Part shown: piece by piece, positions 41,910 through 52,600 of the stretch | Position numbering within the stretch: position 1 is the first letter of the stretch | Layout of the letters: each line of letters starts with the position of its first letter | Assembly (NCBI GenBank): GCA_002189035.1 | Contig: NEEC01000004.1 | Location: 4,278,001 to 4,342,000, forward strand | DNA: 64,000 bases | Source: Utricularia gibba | Lineage: Eukaryota > Plantae > Magnoliophyta | Reading direction: 5' to 3' | Notes under the pieces: generated by a model | Databases searched by the model: none | What the model was told of the DNA's origin: nothing | What the model saw: the letters and a program-made list of their open reading frames with translations, nothing else | Made by a program: the position numbers and the translations under genes

Positions 41910-44900
41910 TGTCATGCAGCAAAACTCCTCTGATCCCCCTCCGACTTCTCCCCCACTTTTCACAAAACTCGACGCCAATTCTCCCAAACCCTGTTCAAAC
42001 CGACATAAACGAAACCCGTGGCCTCTAAAAAGCGGTGAAACACTAAGGCAGGTTCCACATTATCACAAACGGCCGGGTCAAACTCAGAGATCAGAAACGC
42101 GTCCACCGCCCACCGCGTCACACAGACCTATGAAAGAAGTCACCGAGATGTGAAGCCCAGAAGAAACCGGCGGATTCAGCAGACGCGAACTCTGGCCGGC
42201 GGGAAAGGAAAGCGCGCTCCCGCGGTGGCGCGTCGCGTGAAGACTGTAGAGAGAGAGAGAGAAAGGAGGAGGAAAGAGAAAGTAGTGTAGAGAGAGAAAA
42301 TAAAGGAAGGATCAGTGATGCATCTAACAAGGCAACAACTGGAAAAAAAAGGGAAATAGAGAGAGGCCTACTCTAAATATAAATAAGAAATTTATATTTA
42401 ATTAAACAATTAATGATATTTTAAAATGCTATTTCATTTCTCTCAATTACTTCATGGAAGGTATTAAAAGCGGCAAGTGCTGGTGGTTGTTAAGTTCGTT
42501 CAACCACAGCAAACGTGCTTTTCCGATTCTACCCCCAGGGACAAAACCGGGATTTTCGGCGACGTTACCGAAGAAAGCGGTTGTTATTCGTAGGTCAGAG
42601 TAGGGAGGGTTGGGATCCGGCGCGGGGAGGAGCAGGGTAAGGGTTGCGTGGATCCGCGTACACGGTAATGTAATGGGGGTTTGACCCGGTTCTGACATGA
42701 GCCGTCAATTCGGGGCAATAATGTACACGTGTCGCCCCCGCGCCATTACTGCTGCCCACGGAATTGACTCCCGTGGGCTACCGCAGCAAATTCCCGGTCT
42801 CCGGTTTCTAATATTCCGAATTAACCATTTATTCAAATCAAATTTATTATTAAATCCAAAATACTTTCCACTTATATCAATAACAATTCTAATTTTTTAA
42901 AACTAATTAAAAATTATTAATCCTCAGATGTCTTTAATAGTGAATAATTACCATCTAAAACAATAATGTGAGCTATATATACTCAACTTTACATTATAAA
43001 ATTTGAATGGTACGTTATTTAATTTTTAAAGCATTTAATGAAATAATACATATTACGAAACAACAATATATATATTACTGATGCGTCACACTAAAAAAAT
43101 ATATATTATTGTTTCATATTATATATAAATTATAGGGAATTAAATATATATTTTGTATTGGTCCGGTTTTCTTTTTCTGGTACAGTCGTCTAATTTTGAG
43201 TATTGTTAAAAAAGTAAGTATATATATTTATCCTTCTATGGTTGACATTCGATCCTGAACCGGAAACCTGCACCCGGACACATGCCATGCAACGAAATGA
43301 CAGAGTCAACTATAATAATAATCCACGTCTACTTTTTCGGAAAGTAAATATGAATAAATATTTAAAAAAGAAAAGAAAAGAATTAAAGTCGCACGGATTA
43401 TTTTACTCTCTTTTTTAATTATTTTGGTGCAGACAAAATCATAGAGAAAAAAGTACAAAAATTCATGTATAGGTACGGCGGTCGTTAATTTTTGGATTAT
43501 ATTACAAATCTTGCCATACTTCAACTGTTATTAATTAAAAAAATTTGACTTAGTGTGTGATATAAACTAGAATAATGACCATTTTGTAAATGACCCATAC
43601 TTTTTGGCGGAAGAATATTATTCTATAATTTGACCTATTTTAATACAATTAATCATCTATAATCACAACAATTGATTTGGAAATTATTAATTATAGGCGA
43701 TTAAATTGAAGTTTTTTTTGAAAATTTTAAATTGTAATTTAAAAATAAGAATTAATTCAGTTTAATATAATTGATATTTATTTGATTTTAATATATATAT
43801 TATTTCATCTCTTCCATTACTATATTTGCTTTGCTGTTTCCAACCAATGTAGATGAATATAATTAGAAAGGGATGTAAGGTTTTAAAAAGCATTTTCTAA
43901 TTTTAGATGTATTCAAATTAATTATTTATATTGTGAAATTATTTAATTTCCGCAACTAAACAAGTTGTGTTTCCTTGTGGGTGAACGCGAGACAGAGAGG
44001 GGGAAGGATGGAGGAAGGATTCAAGAGGGGGGCTTTCTATGGACCAGAGAGAAAGCAGCAACACGAATTTGGGAGTTAGTCACATCAGGAGCCGCCTTCA
44101 GCACAGGCGCGCATCTACGTTGAACTTGGGAGGAAAGGGATGGTCGGGGAAGACGCGTTCTGGGATTGATTCCAAGGAAGCAATCAAAAAAGGCAGCGAG
44201 TTTCCACACCAATCCCATTCAAACTTTCCTAGTCTCATTCATTCATTACGGCTTTTCTTGACAATGGAATCATGCACTTTTAACGACATTCAAACACATC
44301 CCACACCCTCGAAATAGTCAAAAAGCGCGATCCTTATAATATATAATAGTGACTTCGAAAAATGAAATTGACATAATCAATTAAATAAGAAATTATAAAT
44401 CATAATTAATCGATTAAATTTAATATTTTCTATTATAATTCATGTTTATTGTATACTTTAATTTCACGTGTACTTGCTTGATCCATCATATTCTAAATTT
44501 CAATAATGATAATGAAAAGCAAGGTTCTGCCCAGAAAATATTTCATCACCATGTTACTGTAATAAGCTGGAGTCCAGATATTTGTCAACCACAGCATGCG
44601 TGAACATTGTAGTTGTTAACTGACTTCTGTTTCTTTTTCTTCTTATCAGGTATCTGAAGAAGCGCAACCCTGTCTACAGAAACTGAGGTTGAAATCAAAT
44701 GGAAACTGTTTCTGGTTGGATTGTATAGCATACCTTGATGAAGATGGCTTCTGGAATGGCAGAGTGTATTCTTCCCTAGATACATCTATGTGCCTCTTGG
44801 TTGTGTGCAAAAGTAAAGAGAACTGACTTTATTTCTAGACTATCAAGAATATGCACCGATTCCATGATCTCTGCAGATTACAATCTGATCAAGTTTATAG

Positions 44901-45095
44901 TCTATCTGGCGCATCAGGAAAACACATGACATGCAAATTCTGGCACCACTGAAAGTATTACAAGTTAGCTGAAATTGAGATGGATCATGAAAGTCAGCAA
45001 AACTCACGCAGGAAATCATCTCTACTTGTTTACAAGAACATCCGGATGCCTAAATCAGCTGTATTAGCAGTGAAGAAAAGGGGATGCACCATTTT

Positions 45096-45337
45096 TCATG
45101 CCTTCTTCCTCTTAGATTTGAGCATCACATAGCCAATAAACACAGAAATGAAGCACATGAGAGTGACACCCGCACACACGGTCAAAAAAATGGCTGAAAC
45201 AATAAACGAATCATTTAAATGCTTCATCTCCAGGTACGATGGCACAAATTCAAATGAAAACGATGCACCAGGATGATAACCCAGAAGCTGTAATAACTGA
45301 AAATCGACAAGCTGATAAAGGATTGAAAAAGTCCCAT
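45096..45337 (-). pseudogene. DPM2: Dolichol-phosphate mannose synthase regulatory subunit DPM2 (DPMS2) pseudogene
   Basis: 45337-45269 reads MGLFQSFISLSIFSYYSFWVIIL. After a 75-nt GT-AG intron the spliced frame gives PFF*, while a shifted frame gives IFLTVCAGVTLMCFISVFIGYVMLKSKRKKA*. Both blocks match plant DPM2 as recalled (…GLLLSSISLSIFTYYTFWVIILPF…AIL..VFAG….ISVFIGMVMLKSKKKKA). Confidence 0.8.
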
Positions 45338-45853
45338 GGAAATTCTGCAGATTGTGTTATGATGAAAAAAGAAGCATCATTACGTGGATTCACAAATCCA
45401 GACGTGAAGTTGAAGACACCGATGAAATGATCAAAATTGGAACACAAAATTGGAACACCGACTGCAATTTCAAACACAAATCATAGAATCAGGACCAGAG
45501 ACAAGATATATGCGTACCGATTGTACTGCGGAGGAAGAGCAGAATCCAGAAAAGCCCATGAACCCTTTCTAGGGAATCGCTGAAAGCTACAATTCCAAAT
45601 CGACCCATTTTGACCCACGAGGTTTAGTAAATTAGAATACGAACGCTTCTTCTGCCGTCCTGATGATTCCTTTGCACCGACCGATTCCTTCTGGTTGCGA
45701 AATCTCGAGGATTCTGAAGCAAACATTGTTATCGGCGCCTCCTCCGTCTTCGTGATTCTCCAGTATCTCGAATTTTTCACCGGGACTCCACATGGAAGAA
45801 GGATTGTATGGATGCCATCGTTGAGGATTGAACATCAGAAAAGGTGTTGAAAG

Positions 45854-47501
45854 ATGAGTTTACAAGATCTATAAGCGGTACGTCGAGCTTCTGGGATCCA
45901 AAAGGGGTATACAAATGAGAAACAGGCTCTGGCATCCGGAATCTATCCAGATCAATACATCGGTTTCCACATTTCAGCGCTTGGTTAACAAAAAGCTATT
46001 TGTTTGCAAACTTCACTGGTGGGATTGTGGGTAAAAATCTCCATGAAGGGGCCATCAAGTATGAATCTCATTCCTGTTAGGAAATTGGCTCTCTTTGCCT
46101 GTGTAGAGAGTACTTTAGTGATGCATTGGATTTGGCTGTCTTTGCCTGTGAGGTTTTATCCATTTAAGCACTTTGGTGATGCATTGGAAGTGTTACGTTA
46201 TCCTTTCAGTTCATGGGTTTGTGTAGATTCACCTCAGCCATAAAACTCTGCTGGATATTGGACAGTTGTTGAAGGATACATCATCTAGGCTGAAAAAAGC
46301 AAGTGAAGCAGATCACAAGACTGAAGTTAGTGTAAGCCTGGTTCTACATTGACGGGATTCTATGGCATTTTTCTCCTAAACAATGACCATATCATGATGA
46401 TCTATCGAGGGGTATGGCCATTGTGAGTATTCATAGGCCAATTTTGTGCAAGGTATGTTGCTTACATGCCATATTGTATCATCTTCTGTTGTGTGCACCA
46501 CCAACCTTGCTATCCCTTGTAGCAATTTCATCCACTATACAGGCGAGCTAGAAAATAGCAGATGCTTAGTTGGCAAGGGACTTTCAAATTTCAAGCTGTT
46601 CTGAAGTAGTTTCAGAGGGCTTAGAGGCTTGCAGCTGAAAGGGAAATGCCGTACCGTATATTTCTGTTCCTCAAGCAGTACTTCCTTCCAGGTGATACAG
46701 TGGTGGTTGGTGTAATTTATGAGGTTCAAAGTTTGCTTCAATGTCCATGCCAGTGGTCCCAAAGCATGCACTTTTGTTGAAAGACTACTTTTGGTACTTG
46801 CATTTTGGGATGCCTATCTTCTGCAGCTGCATTTCTGGAGAAATAGATGTTTCAGCAGATAAGGCATTAGATGAGCCAGCACTTCTTGTCGAATCCAGAA
46901 GGTACATGAACAGATAACACATATTCCACTGCGACCACCATGTGCTTCTCTATCAAGGGCTTTACTATTTTTAATCATGGAGACGGACTGCTCCTTCCAT
47001 GTTTTCCTTCTTCCTACCTCTGGAAACTGAGGATATGATGTTTTCTTGCACAACGTATACATCCCATGTCAGAAATTACATTCTGAGTTTTTCATTTCCA
47101 TACATTTTTTCATCACTTATTTTCTACTTCTTTTCTCATGCCTGATCCTTGGTATGAGTTGCCATATACTGATGGTGTCTCACCATGTTGCTGCTGATGG
47201 ACAATGATATCGCTTTCAAGAAGGCCATTGCAGAAAAAAGAGAGCTCAGTGCTGATGATACACAAAATACAGAAACAAATTGGTGAATTGAGCTATATTT
47301 TCAAGGACCTTGCAGTGCTGATCCATGACAACGAAACATGGTTAGTAAAACCACTGTGCATCACTTTCATATCCCGTTATTGAAGATACTCAGCATTTCA
47401 ATATAACAAGTTCTCACAGAGGATGTCGGTTCCAATGCTGAAGGAGCTCATCCCGCAACTGCTCTGGGGAAATCTCAGCTCGCATGGCTGCAAAGTCTCA
47501 G
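45854..47501 (+). pseudogene. SYP22: Syntaxin SYP2-group (SYP21/22/23) unprocessed pseudogene
   Basis: Fragments in order: MSLQDL*…QALASGI / QINTSVSTFQRLVN; HKTLLDIGQLLKDTSSRLKKASEADH; AS*KIADA*LARDFQ / AVLK*FQRA*RLAAERE / VPQAVLPS; EIDVSADK…ALLVESRR; LLLMDNDIAFKKAIAEKRE / IQKQIGELSYIFKDLAVLIHD; DVGSNAEGAHPATALGKSQLA. Introns are retained; at least 5 stops plus frameshifts; no TM exon found. Confidence 0.92.
46085..46178. repeat. Imperfect direct repeat inside the first intron of the syntaxin pseudogene
   Basis: TTGGCT(C/G)TCTTTGCCTGTG … CTTT(A/G)GTGATGCATTGGA occurs twice in tandem. Confidence 0.65.
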
Positions 47502-47718
47502 ACTTGTTCAAGATTTCAAAGAAGACAAGCACAGAGCACTTAGTAAATAATGGTTGCTTTGCTCTTGATCGGCCGGCCCTCCAAGGAATAAATGGCTGGA
47601 CCCGGCCCGGCCCGGCCGGGCTGGGACCAAGGAAATAATGGTAGGTCAAGGCGCTGGAAATAAATGCGGTTACCTCTTCAGCCCGCGGCGGGTGGCTCGA
47701 AATAAAGTCGACCGGAAA

Positions 47719-49451
47719 ATGTCGTCAGAGGACAGCGATGTTCCTGATTTAGTATGCGAACTTGATAGTGTACAAGGCATTGTTGATGCTCTTACCTTAA
47801 TCCGTTGGAAGCGCCAACAGGTAATGATTTTATTATTCCTCTGGTTCCTGGTTTTCGTTACCTTCAAGCACTGTTGATGAACGGAAATGAAGGAGTGATA
47901 GGATGCTGTGGTTGAAATATCTGAGCATGGCATTGTGGTGATTGTCGAGGATGCGGGATGTATTCAGGCCAAGGTTTATTTGCAGCGTGAGGTTGTCAGT
48001 TTTTACCTCTTTCAGTGATCGCTATTCCTAGATATTTGTGAACTCCTATTTGGTGCTGATCATTTGGAAGGATGCTTATTTTGGTAGCTGTTCATCAAGT
48101 ACATTTATCGAGCACATGGACGGCCCCGTTTTGGAATAAGCTTGGCGATGCTTGTTGATAGTCTCAACATATTCTCAGCTCCAGGCCACTCCCCCATCTT
48201 GGAGATCCTTTTTCCAGGGCCGGATATGCAACTTCTATTGCGGTTCATTCTCCTTTTTGCTACCTCTTTTGTTTTTGTTTTAGAGTGTCCATTGTAGTAT
48301 TTGCTTTTCATGTGTGATGAAGCTAGTTGGGTTGCTCAAGATGTGATGGTGGCTAGGGAGATGAGCACATGTGTGGTGTTTCTGAGGTCACAATTTTGCA
48401 GTGGAACACTGTCATCTTGGTTTTGGTTGCAAAAGAGTTGTATATTGCTAACTACATTTTCCACTTCGGTTGGTAAAATTTTGTATATCTCACAGAAAAA
48501 AAACAAGGCTCTGTAATGTGAACGAGAAGATATATTGCCACAATGAGTCATTAGTTCTTTCAATGTTTAGTCTTGCGTCTTTCTTTATACTAGAGTAAAT
48601 GCCTTTCGTTTTCTTTTCCTTGTTTGCTAGATCAGTTGATTCTCCAGGCACCTGTATTTACGCAGAAATCCGAACAAGGATTCCAGAGACCATTTTGTGG
48701 GACTACAACTTTGAGCCTGCTGGAACTACTCCTTTGAGTTTTACAGTCAAAGTACTCGTAGATTGTTACTCATTAACACATCATATTTCATATCGTCTGA
48801 TTTGGGAAGTATTGTTCTATGGATGTCATTCATTACCCCATCATCAGCTTCGTTTTTTAATGAACAGTCCGCAGCTCTGAAGGAAGCAATTGACGATCTT
48901 GAATGGCCTGGATCTAGTGTGAGTATAAAGTTGCAGCCGGCACCCCCATGTGTGATATTAAGAGGGGATGGCCATGGAGACTTGCAGGTGAGCTTGGGAA
49001 AACCTCATTACTAATTCCTATTCTGCTTAGAAGAATCTCAAAAGCAATTGCCGTGCAGGTAGAATTCAGTTACTACGCAAATATGGATCTTCTGATTGCC
49101 TTCAGTTGTGATCATTCCGTTTCTCATAGGTAAGTTACCCTTGCATCCCTCCCATCCCTGAGGAATGATGACTCTTTTCAAAGAAAGTGAGGTGGAGTTC
49201 TTTTTCTGTGCTAAAATAGGTACAAGTACAAATTCCTCAGTGCCACGACCTCAAACATCCCAAGCAATGTCCTGAAGGATAACCGAGGGAGCAAAGTGAA
49301 CATAGGCAGAGACGGCATGCTCAAAGTTCAGCATCTTGTATCAGTTGCCAAGCCCTCTGTTTCTCATTCCTATGTGGATACTCCCGGTTATCAACAGCCG
49401 AGCCGCATTGCTTATGTCGAGTTCTTTCTCAAGCCAGAGGTAGAAGATTAG
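47719..49451 (+). CDS. RAD1: Cell-cycle checkpoint protein RAD1 (9-1-1 clamp subunit), 7 exons
   Basis: Exons 47719-47820, 47902-47991, 48088-48242, 48631-48751, 48868-48987, 49059-49129, 49220-49451 join in frame. PDLVCELDSVQGIVDAL, QAKVYLQRELF, RPRFGISL, ALKEAIDDLEWPG, YKYKFL, ending EFFLKPEVED*. Confidence 0.95.
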
Positions 49452-49664
49452 TATAAAAATGAGAGCTTTTGATGTATTTGACAGAGAATGTGATCAATGA
49501 AAGCAACAGATTATGGAAGGTAGCTCCCTCAACTCATCATAATCGAACTCCATATCCTCCCTTTGTTAAAAGTCCCAAGAAAGAAGCAAACCGTTTGCTG
49601 CACATGTATGATCTTGTAGTATGCTTCATACACATTCAGATGAATACCTTGAAGTCGTACCCTG

Positions 49665-52600
49665 TCACTGCTGCTGTTGCTGCTGTCTTTGCAAATTGAT
49701 CAGCTTGTAGTAAGCACCATCTTTGTTTTCTATAAGGCTGAAGTGCGTCCCCTTCTCAATGATCTTCCCATCTTGCAATACAGATATCTGATCTGCATTT
49801 TGTATCGTGGAAAGTCTATGAGCCACCATCACCGTCGTACGGTTTTTCATTAACCTGTCCAGAGCCTGTTGTACAATGCGCTCTGATTCCACATCCAGTG
49901 CACTGGTAGCTTCATCCAGTAGCAAAATGGAAGGGTTCTTCAAGATGGCACGCGCAATGGCTACCCTCTGCTTCTGGCCGCCGGAGAGCTGGACGCCCCG
50001 CTCCCCAACTTTGGTCGAGTATCCATCCGGCAGGCCACTGATGAAGCTGTGTGCATTCGCAAGCTTCGCTGCTTCGATTACTTCAGCCTCAGTGGATCCT
50101 TCTTTCCCATAGAGAATGTTTTCGTAAATGGAAGTAGCAAAGAGAGCCGGCTCCTGAAGCACTAAGCCAATGTGCTTTCTCAGAGATTTGAGCTTCAGTT
50201 TCTTGATATCCTTCCCTGCAGTACAGTACAGAAACAGCAGGTTACCACTACTAGCAGTTCTTGAGTAAAAACCTGGATCAAGTTTTGTTCCTACCATCGA
50301 TCATTACTCTTCCTTTAGTTGGATCGTAAAACCGGAGTATGAGGGCGATGACGGAGCTCTTTCCAGAGCCACTTTGGCCTACCAGAGCCATACTTCTTCC
50401 GGCATCCACTCGGAGGTTGAAGTCCTTGAAGATCAGAACGTTTGGCCGGGAAGGGTACGTAAACTCGACATCTTTGAGCTCAATCCTGCCTTCCACTCTG
50501 GAAATCTCCTCTCCAACATCACTAGAGATCTCAGGCCTTCGGTCCATCACTTCAAATACAGAGGCAACCATTTTTTGGCCTTTGAAGAGATCTGGAACCA
50601 TGGCCAGTGTCTCTCCCATGGATAAAGCCGTAACGATCAATACCATAAAGGGTTTCATCACCGTTTTGAAGTTTGCGAGATCCTTCTCCATCAAAGTAGC
50701 GCCATACCATAATGCAAGGCCATATGAGGAGAAGACGAAGAACTGAGAGACTCCATAGAATATTCCTGCACCTTGGCCGCGCCTCAGTGAGCTCCTTGAT
50801 GGTTCAATGAGCTCACGTGCGTACAGGTCAAGAATCTTTTCCTCTGCACAGAATGCACTAACTGTCCGGATATTACTGACAGCCTCTCCAGCAAGCATAT
50901 TGGCTTTCAGGTACGCTTTGTTTAAGTCCAGTCCATAACCTCGCATGAAAAGTTTCTGAAACAACAGAATATGTCAGTTTGGTTTTGACCATAGACGTCT
51001 GAGTAGTTATTTATGTCTGTGTACCTCACTGATATGGCCGCTAATCATGAGTGGAAAAGTAGCCATGACGACGAGCGTAAGCCTCCAGTTCAAGATGAAT
51101 GCAATGATGAAGGAAGTCACAACCAAACCTACATTCTGGAGAAGGACGCTGGACCTATCAACCACCAAGTTGCGCAACATGGTTGCATCAGTTTCTAGCT
51201 GCGCTGCCAGTACAGTACTCGCATTGTCCGCATCATCAAAAAATCCTATCTCATTTCTCAGCATAGCTGTTTTTGCAGTTGACACCATGATTAGGATTTG
51301 TAAAATAACAATAGCAATATCAACAGCAGCAATATTGTATAGGAAATACTGTTTACTTACCCTTGAACATTCTTTCCCTTACGCGCAGGGTGAGCCTTTC
51401 TCCTATGATGCCAAAGCATAGATGAGCAATGACATGAACAATGATTGTCGTCAGAGCCCCCCACAGAAAAGGAGTGAAACTCTCCTGACTTCACGCTTTG
51501 TGGTGTCCCAGTCCATGTAGTAAGACACAAGAGCCTGTGTCACACCAAATGCGAACAGAGGCATCAGCGAGCCAGCAATAAAAACGCCAATTGTTCCGAA
51601 AACCCCGTAAAACCAGTCAGGCCTCAACATGGAATACATCCTTTTGACTGAAACTTTCACAGGTTTATACATCTCAGGTCCGTCACCGCCAAACTTGCTG
51701 AAAGATTTCTCTGATCGGAAGCTTGCCCCAAGGCTTTTAGTGGTGCGAGATAATTCTCTGGAGTATGCAAAGCTGCCATCACGTGAGTACCTCGTGCTGA
51801 AATTGCAAAAAGTATAGTCTGAATGTTGTTTGCATCATCTTTCATGATTCATTTGTCATGTAAGATGTATGAATAATGATTAATGTGCGCATTGCAAAGT
51901 AAATACCTTTGCCGGCTCATTGCAGGACCATGGGATGAAGCCATACGATTTAGAGAAGCTGAAGTGCAAGCTGAAGCTTCTTGTAGCTGAACTAGTGCGG
52001 CATATGTGCTGTTTGCTCTTGAGATCAGCTCTTCATGGCTACCTGTTTCCACTATTGCACCATTTTGCACCACGGCAATCACATCTGCATTTCTGATGGT
52101 TGAGAGCCGATGAGCCACAACAATGGTTGTTCGCCCAACCATCACCCGGTCAAGAGCCTCCTGCACACTCTTCTCTGATTCAGCATCAAGTGCACTCGTA
52201 GCTTCATCCAGCAACAAAATGGAAGGATTTTTCACTATCGCACGTGATATTGCTATTCTTTGCTTCTGCCCACCAGAGAGTTGTATTCCTCTCTCCCCAA
52301 CCTGAGTTCCAAATCAATCCAATGTTTCTTAAAGTTGAGCATTGAACAGTAATCGGAAAGTATCAACTTTTCAGGATATAAGTCCAACGTGAAAAAAAAA
52401 AAACTATCTTGAAAAGACTTGGTAAGCCATTAACAAGTGGTGGCCTAAAGCGAAGTACCTGAGTCTCAAATCTCTGAGGGAGGTTGCCAATGAAGTTGAT
52501 TGCCTCTGACAGCTTTGCAGCTCTAGTAATCTCTTCCATGGTGGCATTTTCTTTCCCATAGAGAATATTCTCTCTTATGGTAGTGGCAAACAGGGCAGGC

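Noticed and set aside
42447-42900. GC-rich ORFs upstream of JMJ706
   Set aside because: No recognisable protein; best explained as JMJ706 promoter sequence.
45700-46400. Apparent degraded PPR gene (SGIYPDQY, GKNLHEGAIK, DALEV words)
   Set aside because: The same bases align far better and colinearly with SYP22 (ASGI.QINT.VSTFQRLVN; IGQL.KDTS..LK.ASE.DH); the PPR-like words are off-frame coincidences.
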